Source: Obrimoposthia wandeli (Eukaryota). From it: a stretch of 64,000 bases of DNA. The notes under the pieces were generated by a model, which was not told the DNA's origin, did no database searches, and saw nothing but the letters and a program-made list of their open reading frames with translations. The position numbers were made by a program, and so were the translations under genes. Below are positions 1 through 14,500 of this stretch, piece after piece (the first letter of the stretch is position 1; the number at the start of each line of letters is the position of its first letter). The stretch lies in NCBI GenBank assembly GCA_977020255.1, contig CDROCS010001044.1, positions 806,001-870,000 on the forward strand, in the 5' to 3' direction.

Positions 1-3000
1 TGTAATTTTGATATTATTGTAACATATGGTAAAATATTATAAATTCTACTTATAAGGAATGTTAATTAAGGTGGAATTCAGATTTTTATAATATGTAAAA
101 ATTTAATTATTTATCCTAAAACAATTTTTCTATAATTTTAAATATATCTATATATTTGTTTGTTTATCTTTGTATTGTATTTTTTTGGTAATTATGTTAA
201 AGCCCTTGGTATTTTTTGAAGATATAAACATATTTTCAACTTTACTTAAATATCAAAATGACTTCATTAAGTAATTATATTTCATTTTAACATTGTTTTT
301 AAATTCATAAATTTATGAAACCTTTTAACAATACTAATGTGTACAAATTAAATAATTTTATTTATTTATATTTTCGATAATGTTTTTGAAAAGCTAATAT
401 TTTAATATTGTTCTTGACAATTATTTTAGAGAATATTTTAGAAAGAAGAAGATTTGTGATTTTCCCTTCGATAATTTTCATTATTTGTTTTATTGTAATT
501 AACATTTAATAATGAATAAACTATAAAAAAAGATTCTTTATTTTTTATAGTTTGACATTTTTAGAACCATAAACTGTAAGATTAACTGCATTTTTCTTCT
601 TTTATTCAGTTTTAAAACTCTAGTTCTAATGTTGAAACTTTACAAAAATCTAATATCTATTTTCTTAGAGGACTGATAATTCGTTTTTTCATGTTTATAA
701 ATTTTCTTCCCTTTTCTCTGTGTACATGCAGTGAGAAAATATGGTTATTTGGTTAGCAGGCAGTGTATGAATGTCTCGAAACAATATTTTACTTTGCTCA
801 GTCTCTCTTTGAGAAGCTGGTGAAATCGTGGACAAAACGAAGTGTAATATATGTTGAAGTATTTTCTCCTGCTTTTTTTGCAAGTAGCCAATAATGCTTT
901 ATCTATACTAGACATAAATTTCAATAAAACAAATAAAAACCATATAACTTTGTACACAACTCATGGCTATGGGAACGAATTTCAAATTGAATTTTTAATA
1001 TGCCATCCAATTTTAGAATTCAATATAATATAACACCATTGTAAATAAAACTGAAACTCTAATAAAAATTGTCACATTTCTGAAAATGTTTAGGATTAAT
1101 ATTTTCCAATTTAAGTCAACCCTTCGACATACGATAGCTGCAAATTGGCAATTACTTAGATCTATCATGAACCTGTCAGTCATTGAATTAATACTGCTAT
1201 GTCCTCTTCAGTTTGACAGCTGAGAAGAACAATTTCAGCAGTTTTGTCACAAAATATTCTTTGTTCATCGCCGACCTTCACTCGTACATACATCCATACT
1301 GCCCTTAGTACAAAGTGATATTTTTATTATCAACCAATTGAGATTCCACTTATCAGAACTTTGATAGACATTATATTTGATTGTTGGACTGTTCGCTTCT
1401 ATGACAATTTCAATATAATCTCCTTGCTGTGTGCAGTATATGCTTTTCACAGGGACTCATTAGGACGTTCACTCCATTTATGACGATCATGGATTTAAAA
1501 ATATTTATATCATGTGGAGGATGTTGAGAACGGCAGCAAATTATGAATATATAATTATTTAATAAAATAATGTTCAATTCTAAATCATAAAATGTTAATG
1601 TTTCGCGAAATAATTCAATCAAATTGCTTTAAAATTTATGATAAAATAATGTTCAAATAAATCTAAAAGCCCTTTTAGTAATATTTCCCATTTATCATAG
1701 ATGTTACTTTAACTTTTCATTATCTTCTGTATAATAATATTAATTTTTTTATTTTTTATCGATAAATGTTTAAATTCTGAAATAAACAATTCTTGGAATC
1801 TATTTCCACATAATATTAAATCTAAAATTCTAACCTTTTTAAAATGTAAATAAAGAATATTTTTTTGAACCTAACAGTTTTGTTGATGACTAATTTCTGA
1901 TTAAAATCCAATTGGAGACTAAAATTTGTGCACCATTGGGTGCATTGTGTGTGTGGATGTGGGTGTGGATGTAGGAAGTTGAGATTATAAATTTGCCAGA
2001 GTCGTATGATGTTAGTGAGGAGTGTTGATGAAAATAGTTGTCGATATCGTCGATGTTGGGATTTTGTTAAGAACAAAAAAGTCATGAATTAATATGATTT
2101 CTGCGTTACAAGTTTACTTTTTCAGATATTCATCTATGAATGCTCCTAATAGGCAAACGTCTTCAAGAGATATTTGTAAAAATGTTTTAACTTTTGTTTC
2201 AAACCTGTTAATTTTTTGAAATTAGGTCTTTAAAGTATTTCTGGAACATTTTTCTTTTATATATATTTATCGATAATATATTACCTGCATGGTTTTTTAT
2301 CTAACTAATTAATCCACTTTGTTATCGTTTACAATTTTGAAAATATTTTGAAGATACAATTAAATAAAATTCTTCGTATTTCAAAAATGACATCAGCATG
2401 TGCTAAAATTAGAAATATTTTAAAGGTACAATAATTATGAAGGTAGATTCAATAATTAGTCAACTTCTAAAAGTTTCAATAACAAATATTTTATTTGTAT
2501 TTAAGGATATTGTGTCAATGGATATTCTAATAAACAACATTCCTAAAATTTGCGCTTTCTATCTAGAAGAAGTCATAAATTCATAGATACATAAATTGAA
2601 AAATTCTAGCACATGCAATTATGTAAAGCTTGAAATTTAATTTACCAAATTTGTACTATTATCAATACAATCGAGAATTCACTTCAGAATATTATTGCTA
2701 ATTCACAATGTATTGTTTATGGTAAGGTATACTGCATCAAAGGTATAGATTATCAATTTAACTCTAAATAAAGTGTGAAATTGTACCACGAATTGCCGTC
2801 AAGCACAAAAACTCCAGAAATATCGACACATTGAAACCGAATTTGAAAAAAATATATTTTCAATAAGTTTGCTAAATCTTAGAAATTCATTCAGCGCTTT
2901 CGAATAGCCACTGGGACTAGATACTGGTAAATTATTACATGTTTTGTTAATATTTTTTAAAACGTCCTAACGTTCAGTGAATTTCTTGACACATTAATTT

Positions 3001-3709
3001 GGTCCCTTTGAGTAAAATTATGGGACGGATGAATGTACGGACATTTGATGACATATTCATGATTGAATGCAAAGTTCTACTTTTCCTAACAAAAGTGTAT
3101 CCAATCTAACCCGTTTTTTACTATATTTTTAGAAATTTTAGAAACAATTTTTGATGGTAAACAAACTTGAAATGAAAAACAGGCCCCCACTTCTATATCC
3201 ACATATTAACCTCTTGCTTAGCTGAACCCCTTATTTAGTTGCTTGGAGCTCTTGATAACTTCCTTACGCGCATCAATGGGTGATTTAAGGATGATGATAG
3301 ATGTTGATCAATAGTTTTGTGAAGGTGAATCGAAGATGTCTTGAGCTGGAAATTAAAGATACGAACTAGCCAATTTGTTTAATACCTGATTATTTATCGA
3401 TGTCATGTTAAATTATTTTATAAGTTTGTATACAAATAAAGAAATAGCTACAATTATAATTAACTGCATTTATGAGTTTTTTTACTCTATACTATTTTTA
3501 ATGGCGCTCTTTTCCGAGATTTAAAAACGCTATTTCAATATTACTATATGTTCACATGGTATCCTTCTTCTAACATGTGTTATTTATTGAAATTCGCTGT
3601 TGCGCTGAGGTCAATTTCTGTTTGAATTAATATACGAGTTTAAATAATCGCACATGTAGAGCTACATTTTCTCTGTAGTTTCATTTGCAGTATCTGAAAT
3701 ATCACTTTT

Positions 3710-3818
3710 ATGAGCATTCGATTTCTCGTTGCGGAGTATCGATTTCAATTCATGACCCACATACGGATGCATGAAGCTGGATCAGGCTACATGATGCAGT
3801 GTGTGTGTGTGGATGAAG
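3710..3818 (+). CDS. Candidate upstream/first coding exon of the PDE9-like gene
   Basis: ATG at 3710 is open to GAT GAA G|gtgaga (donor 3819). Phase 1 matches the next exon (G+AC = Asp). There is no clear homology, so support is only phase and donor. Confidence 0.3.
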
Positions 3819-5197
3819 GTGAGATAATGCAGTTCTGTGCCGGGTTCCGGGAGGTGGTCGATACTGATGGAGACTGCACCAATAGCGGAAGAGTTGCATA
3901 GCAACCGTTTCGTGGCGACTCTAGTTTGTCTGTATCCGCCTACGACTCAGTCTGATTTGCTACTTCTGAGTGAAGATACTCGTGAATCTCCGCTGTGACA
4001 GCTTGGCAAATGTTTGCTAATTTGTTTCTAGACAATAAAGCTCCCCTCAAAACAGTCAAACTCTTCAGATAACACGTCCTACGGTTCTTGAAACCATTAG
4101 ATAAAATAAGATAGGATGTGGAATTTATTGATAGTATGATGATTTTATGTACAATCAAATCTCCCCTAACCGGATCCAGTTTATTTTTCATACACGAAAT
4201 AATTTTCCTATTTTGAATGTAATTTGAAATCCGTTTAATAAGATGAACATAGTTTAAATTGAAAGATTGTAAAAAATATTCAATTAAATATTTGAGAGTC
4301 ATGCGATTTAAAAGAAATGTAATCGGTTAAGGTTAGAAATATTTTTTACAGGATAAATTCCATATAGATGAATTAATTGACATTTTATATGCTCCAAAGT
4401 CCTAGCTATCGAGAGGTCCGATGTCTCATCAAATACTGACATAGCAAAATAACCTTTCAATTATCGCGACACCGCTACTACAACTGTAAATGAAGATACT
4501 GATGCCAAATGACTCTACACAACTCGTTTGTTCCAAGTCAAAGGATTACTTAATATTTGTCAAAAGGCTCCAGATTTGTGGTCTGATTTGGGTAACGACA
4601 AGGATGATCGAGATCTACAGATTCGATAGAATGTCTCTGGAAATAGAAGATATCGTCCAAAGAAGACTCCAAGGGAAAATGTCAGATTACTGACTCTTTC
4701 ACTTATCATATGTATCGTGTTTATGTAGTTGTATTGATTTTCACTGTTTCTCTATCATTTGTAACATTCGATATTTCTTTTGTTTCTCATTTAAATTATA
4801 ATAAATATTTTACTAGCAAAAAATATAGAGTTAACCGTAATATTTCTGATTGGATTATTGTAATATATCTAATACAGTACTAATGGAAAATAAAGGTGTA
4901 TATTTTGTTATTTAAAACTATTTTACTGTACACAGTTACCATTTCCAGTTAAACCGGGCTTCTTCGTAAATTGAGGTGATCCGATTTAAGAGGATTTGAC
5001 TGTATGTTATTCTTCAACATACCTTTTTAGGAAAATTCATATGGTATGAAATAATATAAGGATTCAGTTTATAAAATGATTTGTACATTTCTCTAAAATA
5101 TGTCTATAAATTAATACTCATGTTCAACATATTTTATCAAATATCGCATACAATACATATTTTATATTTTAGACAGTACAATGGGTACTCAGTAATA

Positions 5198-5465
5198 ATT
5201 GCACAGGTAAAAAGGGCACAGGTAAAAATAGCACGGTAAAAATGGTATAAGTGAAAAAATAGGGGAAATATGCACATTTTATCTATTAAATAAATCCCTA
5301 ACAAAATAAATATCAAACCATTTACTCTTATCAGAGGAAAGTTGACTCCTGCTTTAGTTGTCATTTGTTCAGTTGGGAAATTCTGGTTGTGTTATAATTG
5401 GTTCAGTTTTTTTCCTTGTGCCATTTTTTCTAATTTTTCAATTTATGCCATTATCACCTAAATTC
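5198..5465. mobile_element. Foldback/MITE-like element with ~15-bp subterminal repeats, copy 1
   Basis: (gcacaggtaaaaa..)x3 at the left, the inverse tgtgccatttttt at the right; ends acctaaattc like copy 2. Confidence 0.55.
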
Positions 5466-5980
5466 AGTACAATGATATCATTATATACATGTTTTTAACG
5501 CATTTTCATATATAAAGCCAGTTCTTTGTCATGATAAATACAAAATTCTTTCAAAAACTATAAATATATTTATATAATTTTTTTATTATTAAAATTGTTT
5601 TTTCATAATAGCTGTAAAATTAAAATTATATCCTGGTTTAAAATGATTTGTTTATTTGATTATTATTATTTTAAAAAAATGAGTGGTTAATAATGATTGA
5701 AGCAGTTAAACTTATGTTTCACGAGTCACTGATGATCCTAATATATAAAATAAATTTCACCCAATTTTGCTAAGGTTGATTTGATACTTTTGTAGTTCTA
5801 AGAATAAAAGAAAGCCATATCTGACTTCTCTCCATGTCTGACTTTACCTCAATCTACCTTACACATCATATTTTATTGGCGTAATGAAACCGAGTGAAAT
5901 ATCATTCTAATACGCCCCTTGTCCAAAAAATTATTTGATGAAAGTTAGACAGTTAAATAGACAGTGATGTGTTCTTTCAG

Positions 5981-6136
5981 ACGTGCTGCGATCGATCTGC
6001 GGTGCTGGGAAGAGAGACATGCTCCGGCTGATGCGGCATACGGGAGCTGTACTACCAGTGACATTGGCCAGTCTGGAACCTAATAGACTGGAAGAGGCTT
6101 ACCGGATTGAGCTCATCAGTTGTTGTCCCCAGCTAT
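5981..6136 (+). CDS. PDE9: PDE9-like exon, N-terminal region (DVLRSICGAGKRDMLRL...EAYRIELISCCPQL)
   Basis: ttctttcag acceptor, gtgagt donor, GC-rich open frame, phase 1 to 1; resembles the PDE9A N-terminus (DLFCIATG...PYKV). Confidence 0.8.
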
Positions 6137-6151
6137 GTGAGTGAGAGCCGC

Positions 6152-6282
6152 GATATGACACAGCTGCAACATATCACAACCTCGATATGACATAACTTTG
6201 ATATGACACAACCTCGATAAAACACAACCTTCATATGGGTACCGCCTCAATATGACCTAACCTCGAAGTGTCATAAACTTCA
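6152..6282. repeat. Degenerate 16-bp minisatellite x~8
   Basis: Unit close to gatatgacacaacctc, starting 15 nt after the exon donor. Confidence 0.8.
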
Positions 6283-9200
6283 TTGAACCGACCTTTTTTC
6301 TGTTATACATAGTGAGTAAATAACTGTTAAAACTTCAATTTATAGTAATTCACGACTTAGAGTTTTATACAAACTCTATTTCGTGATTTACTAGAAATTG
6401 GAGTTGTAACAAGTGCTTTGAATAATTCTGTATATAATAAACACTCATAATTAGAAATTCTTGAAATAATTTTTGATTATTAAGATTTTCTTTTTCATGT
6501 TTGACAATTTATTGATTAAGTTTTTGACAAGAGCATTTTGAATCATAATGAATTATTTATGTAGATCCACAATCTAAGTAATCTGATACATCATAAGTAA
6601 ATTAACTTAGATCAATTTGTTAACAACTGTTTATTAACGTGAATTTCTTTTAAAGGAGAAATATTCTCAATATTATATTAGTCAAATATTAAAGTATACA
6701 TTTTAAAATCGATTTTGGTTGGGGTTGTGGCTATTAATATTTTGTTGATCTAACTGCTGATGGTTGCTTTAATCGGTGTATAAATGTACTCCAAACCAAA
6801 ATTGAAAGCAGTCAGAAGGCTGCCTTTATCCGAAAGATGTAAAATATCCAGTACTATTTTGAAAGTACGGTGTCAAATAATACAACACTGTTTGGCTAAA
6901 ATAAATGAGAATTCCAAGCAACGGCTTTCGACTGGTTTAAAAATTCATTTTCATCTTACATATGTCTAAGTTATTGAGTGTGTAAAACTCCAATGTAGAG
7001 AAGTATTCACTAGTGTCGAAATCAATGAAAAAATATTTTACTATATGACTGAATTTGAGATTTTCTTAACTTTCTTCACCAGACATGAAATCACTTCCAC
7101 TTAATGTTAGACACTTAAATTCTAGAATACATTTTCCCAAATCAATTTGTGGCAGCCTTTAGCGTTTAGAAAAAATAGCGATATTTTAGTTGCGACATTT
7201 TTGCTGAATTTATTTTCATTTAAATTCCCTGCAATAAATTTTATAGTATTTTCTGTGGTATAAAAATGAATAATTTATTAGAATTGAATTTTCATTCTTT
7301 TTAAAACTAAAATACTAAAGAAGTACCTATTAAATTTATGGCAGTCAATTTAAATAGAAGGCAAATTTCCAAATGTTTATCCAATATTTTATCTATCACA
7401 TGACAGAATTGATGGCTAACAAACTCAATTTAGAGGTCATTTTATCTCAATGGTTTTGAAGTACTAATTATGGGCTTACAGTGGCCTCAACTATGGTAAC
7501 ACAGCAATTTGATCGATGATTATTTATCATTATTTGAGATAAATCCTATCGGTAATTGCTGTCCACAATCCTGATGTTTTGTTGCTGTCATTGCAACAGA
7601 TAATGTTTTCTTTGAGTCTCATATAATATTACACTTAATAGTTCATAGGTTTTTTAATAAAATTCACACTTGATGGGTGATGCGTAAGTACAATTTTGAG
7701 GATCTGTAAAGCATCGATACCATTTTGAGTAAATCCAAATCAGCGTTTTTGTCTTCATCATTTTAATGTAGCTTCTTCGGCATAATGTTTAATTCTTTAT
7801 TATCGATAGCAGATTTAATAAAGATTTTAAAATAAGTAACTAATTTTGGAAATAAAAGTATTTGCTTTAAAATTTTGGGATTTTGAATATGAGCCAAAAT
7901 ATTTGAAAATGTTAAATATCTATTTTAAACAAAAATATTAGTAAGTAAATATAATTAATTTTATCTTATATTATAAATAAAATATTTGAATTATAATTTT
8001 TTATGCAAAATTACTCATGTCAAATTAAAAGTTCGTAATCCCCATTCAGAAATTCTTAGTTCAGATATAGGTCCTCTTACGAGTCGTAATAGTTCAGTGG
8101 TGGGATGTGCGACTTTCAAGCGGTAACTAATTTTTCCCGAAACCTCACAAAATATTACTCTTTCTTTTGTAAATCTTCTATTTTGAATTAAATACGATTT
8201 TTAATATTTTAGATACAGTCAAACCCCTCAGAAACTTTACCCACAATTACACATTTCAGTGCTTTTTCAGAATCAAACCACCCAACAAAAAAATTAAATG
8301 ATATGATCTTAATAATAAAACCTAAAATCCAGGTGTGATTTCTTTTTATATTTTTATGTTCCATAACAAATTATTGTAGTATATACAATAGTTTTTTTTA
8401 TTTTGGTTGCAATTTAATTATATTCTTTGCATAAGCATAATTGTTTTCAAAGATACTGCTTTTAACTTATTATTTCATGATTACAATTTTATAATTTTTT
8501 TACAATATTTTCATATGTATTTATTTTTATTTATTTCATCTACATCCTTGAATGCACAAAGTCCAACCCGTTAGCCAATTCGGCCTTTTCACCAAATCAA
8601 TCCGCTCCACACAAAAGTCTGTAGTTTGAAGAAAAAATAACAAGGATATTTTTAATTTAAATCGAATAATTTCTGCGGCTAATGGAATTCCGCATTTTTA
8701 AATAGATAATAATCAAAAGATATAATAATATAATTTAATTCAGAAACACAAGCCAACTTTTAATAAAATCTACACTTTCGGAATGAATTGTTTATATTAT
8801 ACATTTTCTGTAATCAATTTAATTTAGTTAGCATTACTGTTTTGTCAATATTCATAACAAAACCTGATAAGAATGAGCTTTTAAATCAAGCCAATCCTCC
8901 GGCCACGCCCACCTCCTAATTAACAAACCCAAATGGTTATAAACTAGTTGATTAAATGCATTTTTTAGTGCTAAAACTTGTTCCGTTAATAGGTCCCATG
9001 TTTTTTAGCTAGGATTAATTTCATCTTTATAAGTTTATAATTTTACTAATCTATTTTACTTTTTTTCATTATTTAAAAATATTTCGAAATTTATATAAAA
9101 TATAAGAAATTTTTTAAAATTTACTGTGTATATTTTTAAAATATATAATTCTGTTTACATTAAACTAAATAAAATATATTTTCATTCCTTCGCGAAACTT

Positions 9201-9892
9201 AACCCGCACGTTTAATTTTATTGATTGGATCACTAGCACAAGAGGTTGTACACCCAAATTTGTTTTTCGTAAAAAAAATTCTTAAAACCTTTATTATTTT
9301 CCTACTGAAGATAAACTTAGTTATTTCTTTTAACTTTTAGTTAAGGTAACATACAGTTTGGTTTGGTAAAATAAAGACTCTAAAAATTCGCTACAATTTC
9401 TATTTTTAAAGAATTCATAAGACGTTTTTTATCAATAGTATACTTACAAATGACTACTTTATGTATAGTAATTAAATCTATATAGAATAAATGAGGCAAT
9501 TAAATTAATGTTGCTTAGTAATTTGTTTAATTAAAATTTTATTTATTTGACTTTTAAACAAAAATGTAACCTAAATATTTTTAACGTTTACAGGGGCAAA
9601 TTATAGAATATTTTTCGATCAGTGTTTACACTCTTATATTTATCAACAGTGAGTATTGTTATTGTGTAAAAATCCTAAAAATTAGAACTTGTCCTTTCTT
9701 CTATCGAATGATTTGTAGGAATCAATTTTTAGCACATTTCCATTGATTTATCCTTCTAAAATGGCATGTTTTCTAGGATATCACACGTCACAGCACTTTT
9801 AAAAACAAATTGCATTCTCAAATGTAACATATATTCGGGGATTTGAAATTTCTACCATAAACAATAATGTAATGAAACAAATCATTAAGAAA

Positions 9893-10008
9893 CTGCGTTT
9901 ATTTGGGAATCTAGAAAGCGTGGATGAAGAGAATCTGTTTGGAAAGTGGTAGCTGAATTGGAATACTAAGCTGCTAATAGAAATATTATTTTGTTTCTCG
10001 ATAAGGCC
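9893..10008 (+). mobile_element. Tigger/pogo DDE_1 remnant
   Basis: W...KAWM..LFGKW.LNWN..L..NRNIILFLD across frameshifts. Confidence 0.55.
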
Positions 10009-12884
10009 ATTAATATATCAAGCGTGGAATGGAATTTCTAATAATACAATTAACAAATGTTGGGTATGAAAGAAGATGTGTTTTCAATTTAAATTCATAC
10101 GATCATACCTCGAGAAGAATATGAAGATGATCTCGGATATTTGACTCCATTTATCAACACATCAACAGAATGCGACCTAACGCCAATTAATATTACCGCT
10201 ACTGAATTCATTTCTATCAATGTATATGTCCTAAACAAAGCTACTCCTACAGTGTGATCGCCAGTTTTCCAAGGACAAAGGAAACACGCGATGAATTGGG
10301 ATTTGGTATACCCATGATTTGACGATAGTCAAACAATCATTGCTGACACTGTTACTTTGGTTTAGTGAGAATCTCAGTATATAACAATGAAAATTAATTT
10401 AAAATTGGATATTCTTATCTATAATTAGCTATGTGCCCAGTGCCTCATATAAATAAAATCTTAGTGCCAGTTTTTGTTCAACTACCTTCTTTCGAAATTG
10501 AAGATGACTTAGTTCAGTAGGGATTCGATCTGATTAATATGCAGGATTTGACATGCGATTTGGATTTAACTAGAACGCTTTCTTATCATGCACACACTTT
10601 GTTAAGGACTTTCTTAGAAATACATAATCAAAAAATTACATTGAACTTGTCCAGAATTGGAAAGCTACAGAACGCTTGGTTGCAGCATGACCATACAGTT
10701 TTACTTTTGTATATCCATCTTGCTAACTAGTTAGAAAGCTTGGTGGTGACAGTGATTAGCAGGTTGAAAAATTCCACCAAAATTGAAGGTTATGGAGAAA
10801 CGATATCAGAGTAGATGGGATGTATATATGATGATTGACAATTGTTGGTGTATTACAGTTTTAACACTCCAGGAAAAGCTATATGCCTCAATGATTACCT
10901 TCTCTACTTGTTTAAAACTTGACTAACACTGACAATATCCTTTATATGAATAAAATAACTTCAAACAAACATTACAGCAAAGCAATACAATGAGTCATTC
11001 TATAAAATAAGCGGTATATTTTATGGTATCTGAGAGAAATTGAGTTAACGTGATAGATACAAACTGGGGTAATTTTTAGACTTAGAGATCTTAATTTAGT
11101 TAAAAGGAAGTTTCAGATTTGACTCATGAAAATTGTGTTCTCCTTTGCTATTTTCACACACAAATCAAACGTATCTTGGTATGTTATTGGAAAATTACTT
11201 GATCAATCTGGATTCTTCATTATTTAAATACTTTAAAATTACAAGCAATAAAAAAATTTGTCTATATAATTTATATTCATACAATGGAATTATTTAAAAT
11301 CTATAAAAAGCTTTTTTATAATTTGGATTATCAAACGGTTTTAAGTTAATAACCATTATAACCATTTTTATTTATTTGTTTGAACATTTTAAAATTACAA
11401 ATATTCTTAAATAAGAATTCGAAAAAAAATTATAGAAATATCAATTTTAAAAATTGACTTTATATATGTTTAATTAAATAATTTTATAATTATTTTCCTA
11501 GAAATACGTATCAAAACAGAATATAATTTTTAATAATTATTGTTGATTTTTAGTTTTTATAATTTTATTATATGAATATAAAATTAAATGATAATTTCGA
11601 GTCTAAAACGTTCCCTTCTAAGCTGGGGCACATTCAGGGGCAGCCCTTGATCCCCCTAAATTAGGATGGTGCATGTTTTGCTATTTGACACATCATATTA
11701 TGTAATGTCATGACTATCTAAAAGTTCCACGCTGACTATGGTATTAAATTTTGGAAACGTCAGTATTACTATGCGTCAAAGAAAATACACAACACGGTTA
11801 GCAGTAACCACACTAAAGCTAACAATCAGTTTCCCTAATCACCTACAGCATACACATCAACACGAATAGACAACGAGTCAGCCAGAAAGCCGTTAAAAGT
11901 ACTATAATACTAAGAGACAAATAGGTAGACAGGCAGCAAGCCAGAACAACTAGACGTGGTACAAGAAATATACAGATAGAGACAGTTAAGGAATTATACA
12001 AGTTTGTTAGAATGGAGCATAAAGTAAGTTCAATACTTTTTAAAACTACCTACATTTGAATATGAAATTATTAACATCTATATCACTCATTGTTAATACG
12101 AAATTATTTTGTCATTGTTTTAGAACATACATACCTCTTTTTCTGTGTTTTATGAAATAAAATAATGTTGTAATTATCAATGCATTCTATACAGGTAACA
12201 ATTATTTATTAAAATCAAATGTTGCCCAGTTAGGCGTCTATCTTATAATTTACGCTCCCTAACTGAAAATCCTGTATCCGCTCCTGGTATGCAACATTCA
12301 TTTAATCTGATATATATAACAACTTATATAATTTTTTATGTAAGAGCTTTTCTTCTCAAAATACAAAAAAATGAAATCAATTTTGTCTTTACTTGGTTAA
12401 TCCTTTTTAGTTAATTCAAAAGCTACTGGAATTCAATCTATTTGCCAATTTTAACATATTGGTTTTAACTAATTAACGGTTTTATAGCTAGATGGGATTG
12501 GAAAACCGTATATAGGGAATTATTTTTTTAATATTTGCAATTAACTTTTAAACTTATCTAATTATAAAGTAAAATGCTATAGGATAGACGGGCAACAAAT
12601 TAAGAACAATAGCAAAACCATGATGTTTCAAAATTTGAAGATATTATTATCCCTAAACACTCACCATAGTCATCTGGATATGCCCTGGTGAATTAAAGTA
12701 AATATATTTAATGAGTTAAAGTACAGATAAAAATAATTGCAAAACGTGCATTTGCCAACATTTCTCACATTGAAAATTTACTATATTGTGATCGCAAATA
12801 ACACATTTCTATTCAATTTCATTCCTTCTCAATATAGGGATTGTTGGTGTGAAGATTAAATTGAATATGTACTTTTTCTCGCAG

Positions 12885-12939
12885 ACACCACAATGATCAG
12901 TGATGGCTCAAGAAAATCGCTACAAGACCTCGATAACAG
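12885..12939 (+). CDS. PDE9: PDE9-like 55-nt exon (TTMISDGSRKSLQDLDN)
   Basis: tttttctcgcag acceptor and AG|gtggat donor; phase 1 in and phase 2 out bridges the flanking exons exactly. Confidence 0.72.
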
Positions 12940-13035
12940 GTGGATGTTTTTCTATTTTTCGTATACTTCAAATATTAAAATATTTCAAATTATGTGTTAC
13001 GAACTAAAATATACATGTAATTAACAATAATGGTG

Positions 13036-13370
13036 TACAGTAAAAATGGCTCAAGTGGAAAAATAGAAAAAAATACACAAATTTTTGTAATGACTACACA
13101 GAAGGAAGGAAAAACCTGGATCAGGTGTTACGTGAACCTTGTCACAACCTAAGATTCTAGTTTAAAAATTCTACTTTTAAAGGTTGATATACGTTTTTTA
13201 ATTTAACAAACCTTTATAATATTTTCCTTTATTAGTATAATCTAAATTTCAATAAACGTATTGTGAAATTTTCATCCATTTTTCCCATTGTTTCTTACTT
13301 TTTATTTGTGCCATTTTTACCTGTCCCATTTTTACCTGTCCCATTTTTACCCGTGTCATTACCTAAATTC
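13036..13370. mobile_element. Foldback/MITE-like element with ~15-bp subterminal repeats, copy 2
   Basis: acagtaaaaatggc at the left, (ccatttttacctgt)x3 at the right; ends acctaaattc. Confidence 0.55.
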
Positions 13371-14500
13371 AATAATAACATACCAATAACAATAAAAGTA
13401 TATTTAATTCAGCACTAATATCTAATACACCTAAGATTTATTTCTCAAAAGCGCTTCCTGCTTTTCATTATTCTTCATAACATTTTCTGAATATTAAAGT
13501 CTTCAGCTACTTTTCGATTTTTCAACATTGTTACAATTTATTATATTCATCGATAAATTGCTCTAAAGATTCAGTCCATACATTTTAATATTCCATCACT
13601 ATGTTTGTTATGTGAAAATTTATTGATCAATCTTCTGTCATCATCGTTGCTTGAATGCTGCAAATACATGTTCACTGCCCCATGTCAGAGAAGACCCTAT
13701 ACATATTTTGGCTTTTGTGAGAGAATAACATTTTTGATAATATGTAGGATTTTGAATTCAATTCTTGGTGTAATAATCGCATGCGTTGGAATTGTATTTA
13801 TCTCAGTAGTAAATATTTTATTATATGAATCTTTTATATGTTCGTATCGCTTTATTAATTTGACAATGCATTGTAATATTTTCATTGACATAATCAATGT
13901 TCCTTATTTTACTTTTTAAATGAATTATATTTTCTCCGACATTCATGAAACGCTTTTTCTCTCTCGCTAATGCAGTTTCTGTTATTCTTATATCCATATT
14001 ATATAGTCTTAATTTTATTTTCATTCTTCTTCAATTTCCTTGATTTCATCCATATAGCTATTTTATTAAAACTTTTATTAAGAATCAAAATCTAGATACA
14101 TTTGTGTACCATCAACATAAAGACAGAAATGAAATTTATATTACTTAATAATCGCGACATTGATGAAGTTCGAATCGATAATGAGATTGGATCAAGAATC
14201 GAAATCGAGGAACACTGAATTCTAAGTATTTAAGATCTGAACCGGTTATTAATTATAACAAATTGTTTGTACATATGTAAATAATTTTAAAACCAATTCC
14301 GCTCCTTTTATTGCTTCGAATATATTTCAATTTTTTAATAATATTTCATGATTAACAGTGTCAAATGATGCACATTGATCTTTAAGTATTATAGTACACA
14401 TTTTTCATTATTTATATATTTAAATACAAAAATACTATAAGCAATGCCGTTTCAGTTAAATGGTCATTTATATAAGCTGATTGGTATTTTTGAATATCTG

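Noticed and set aside
1265-1622. ORFs 1265..1450 and 1410..1622 as a gene or transposase
   Set aside because: Coding-like composition but no motif I can recognise in any frame.
3940-4302. 120-aa minus-strand ORF
   Set aside because: Half is AT-rich low-information sequence, with no recognisable domain or splice support.
13605-13919. Hydrophobic 104-aa plus-strand ORF as a membrane protein
   Set aside because: Typical T-rich antisense of an A-rich minus-strand coding relic.
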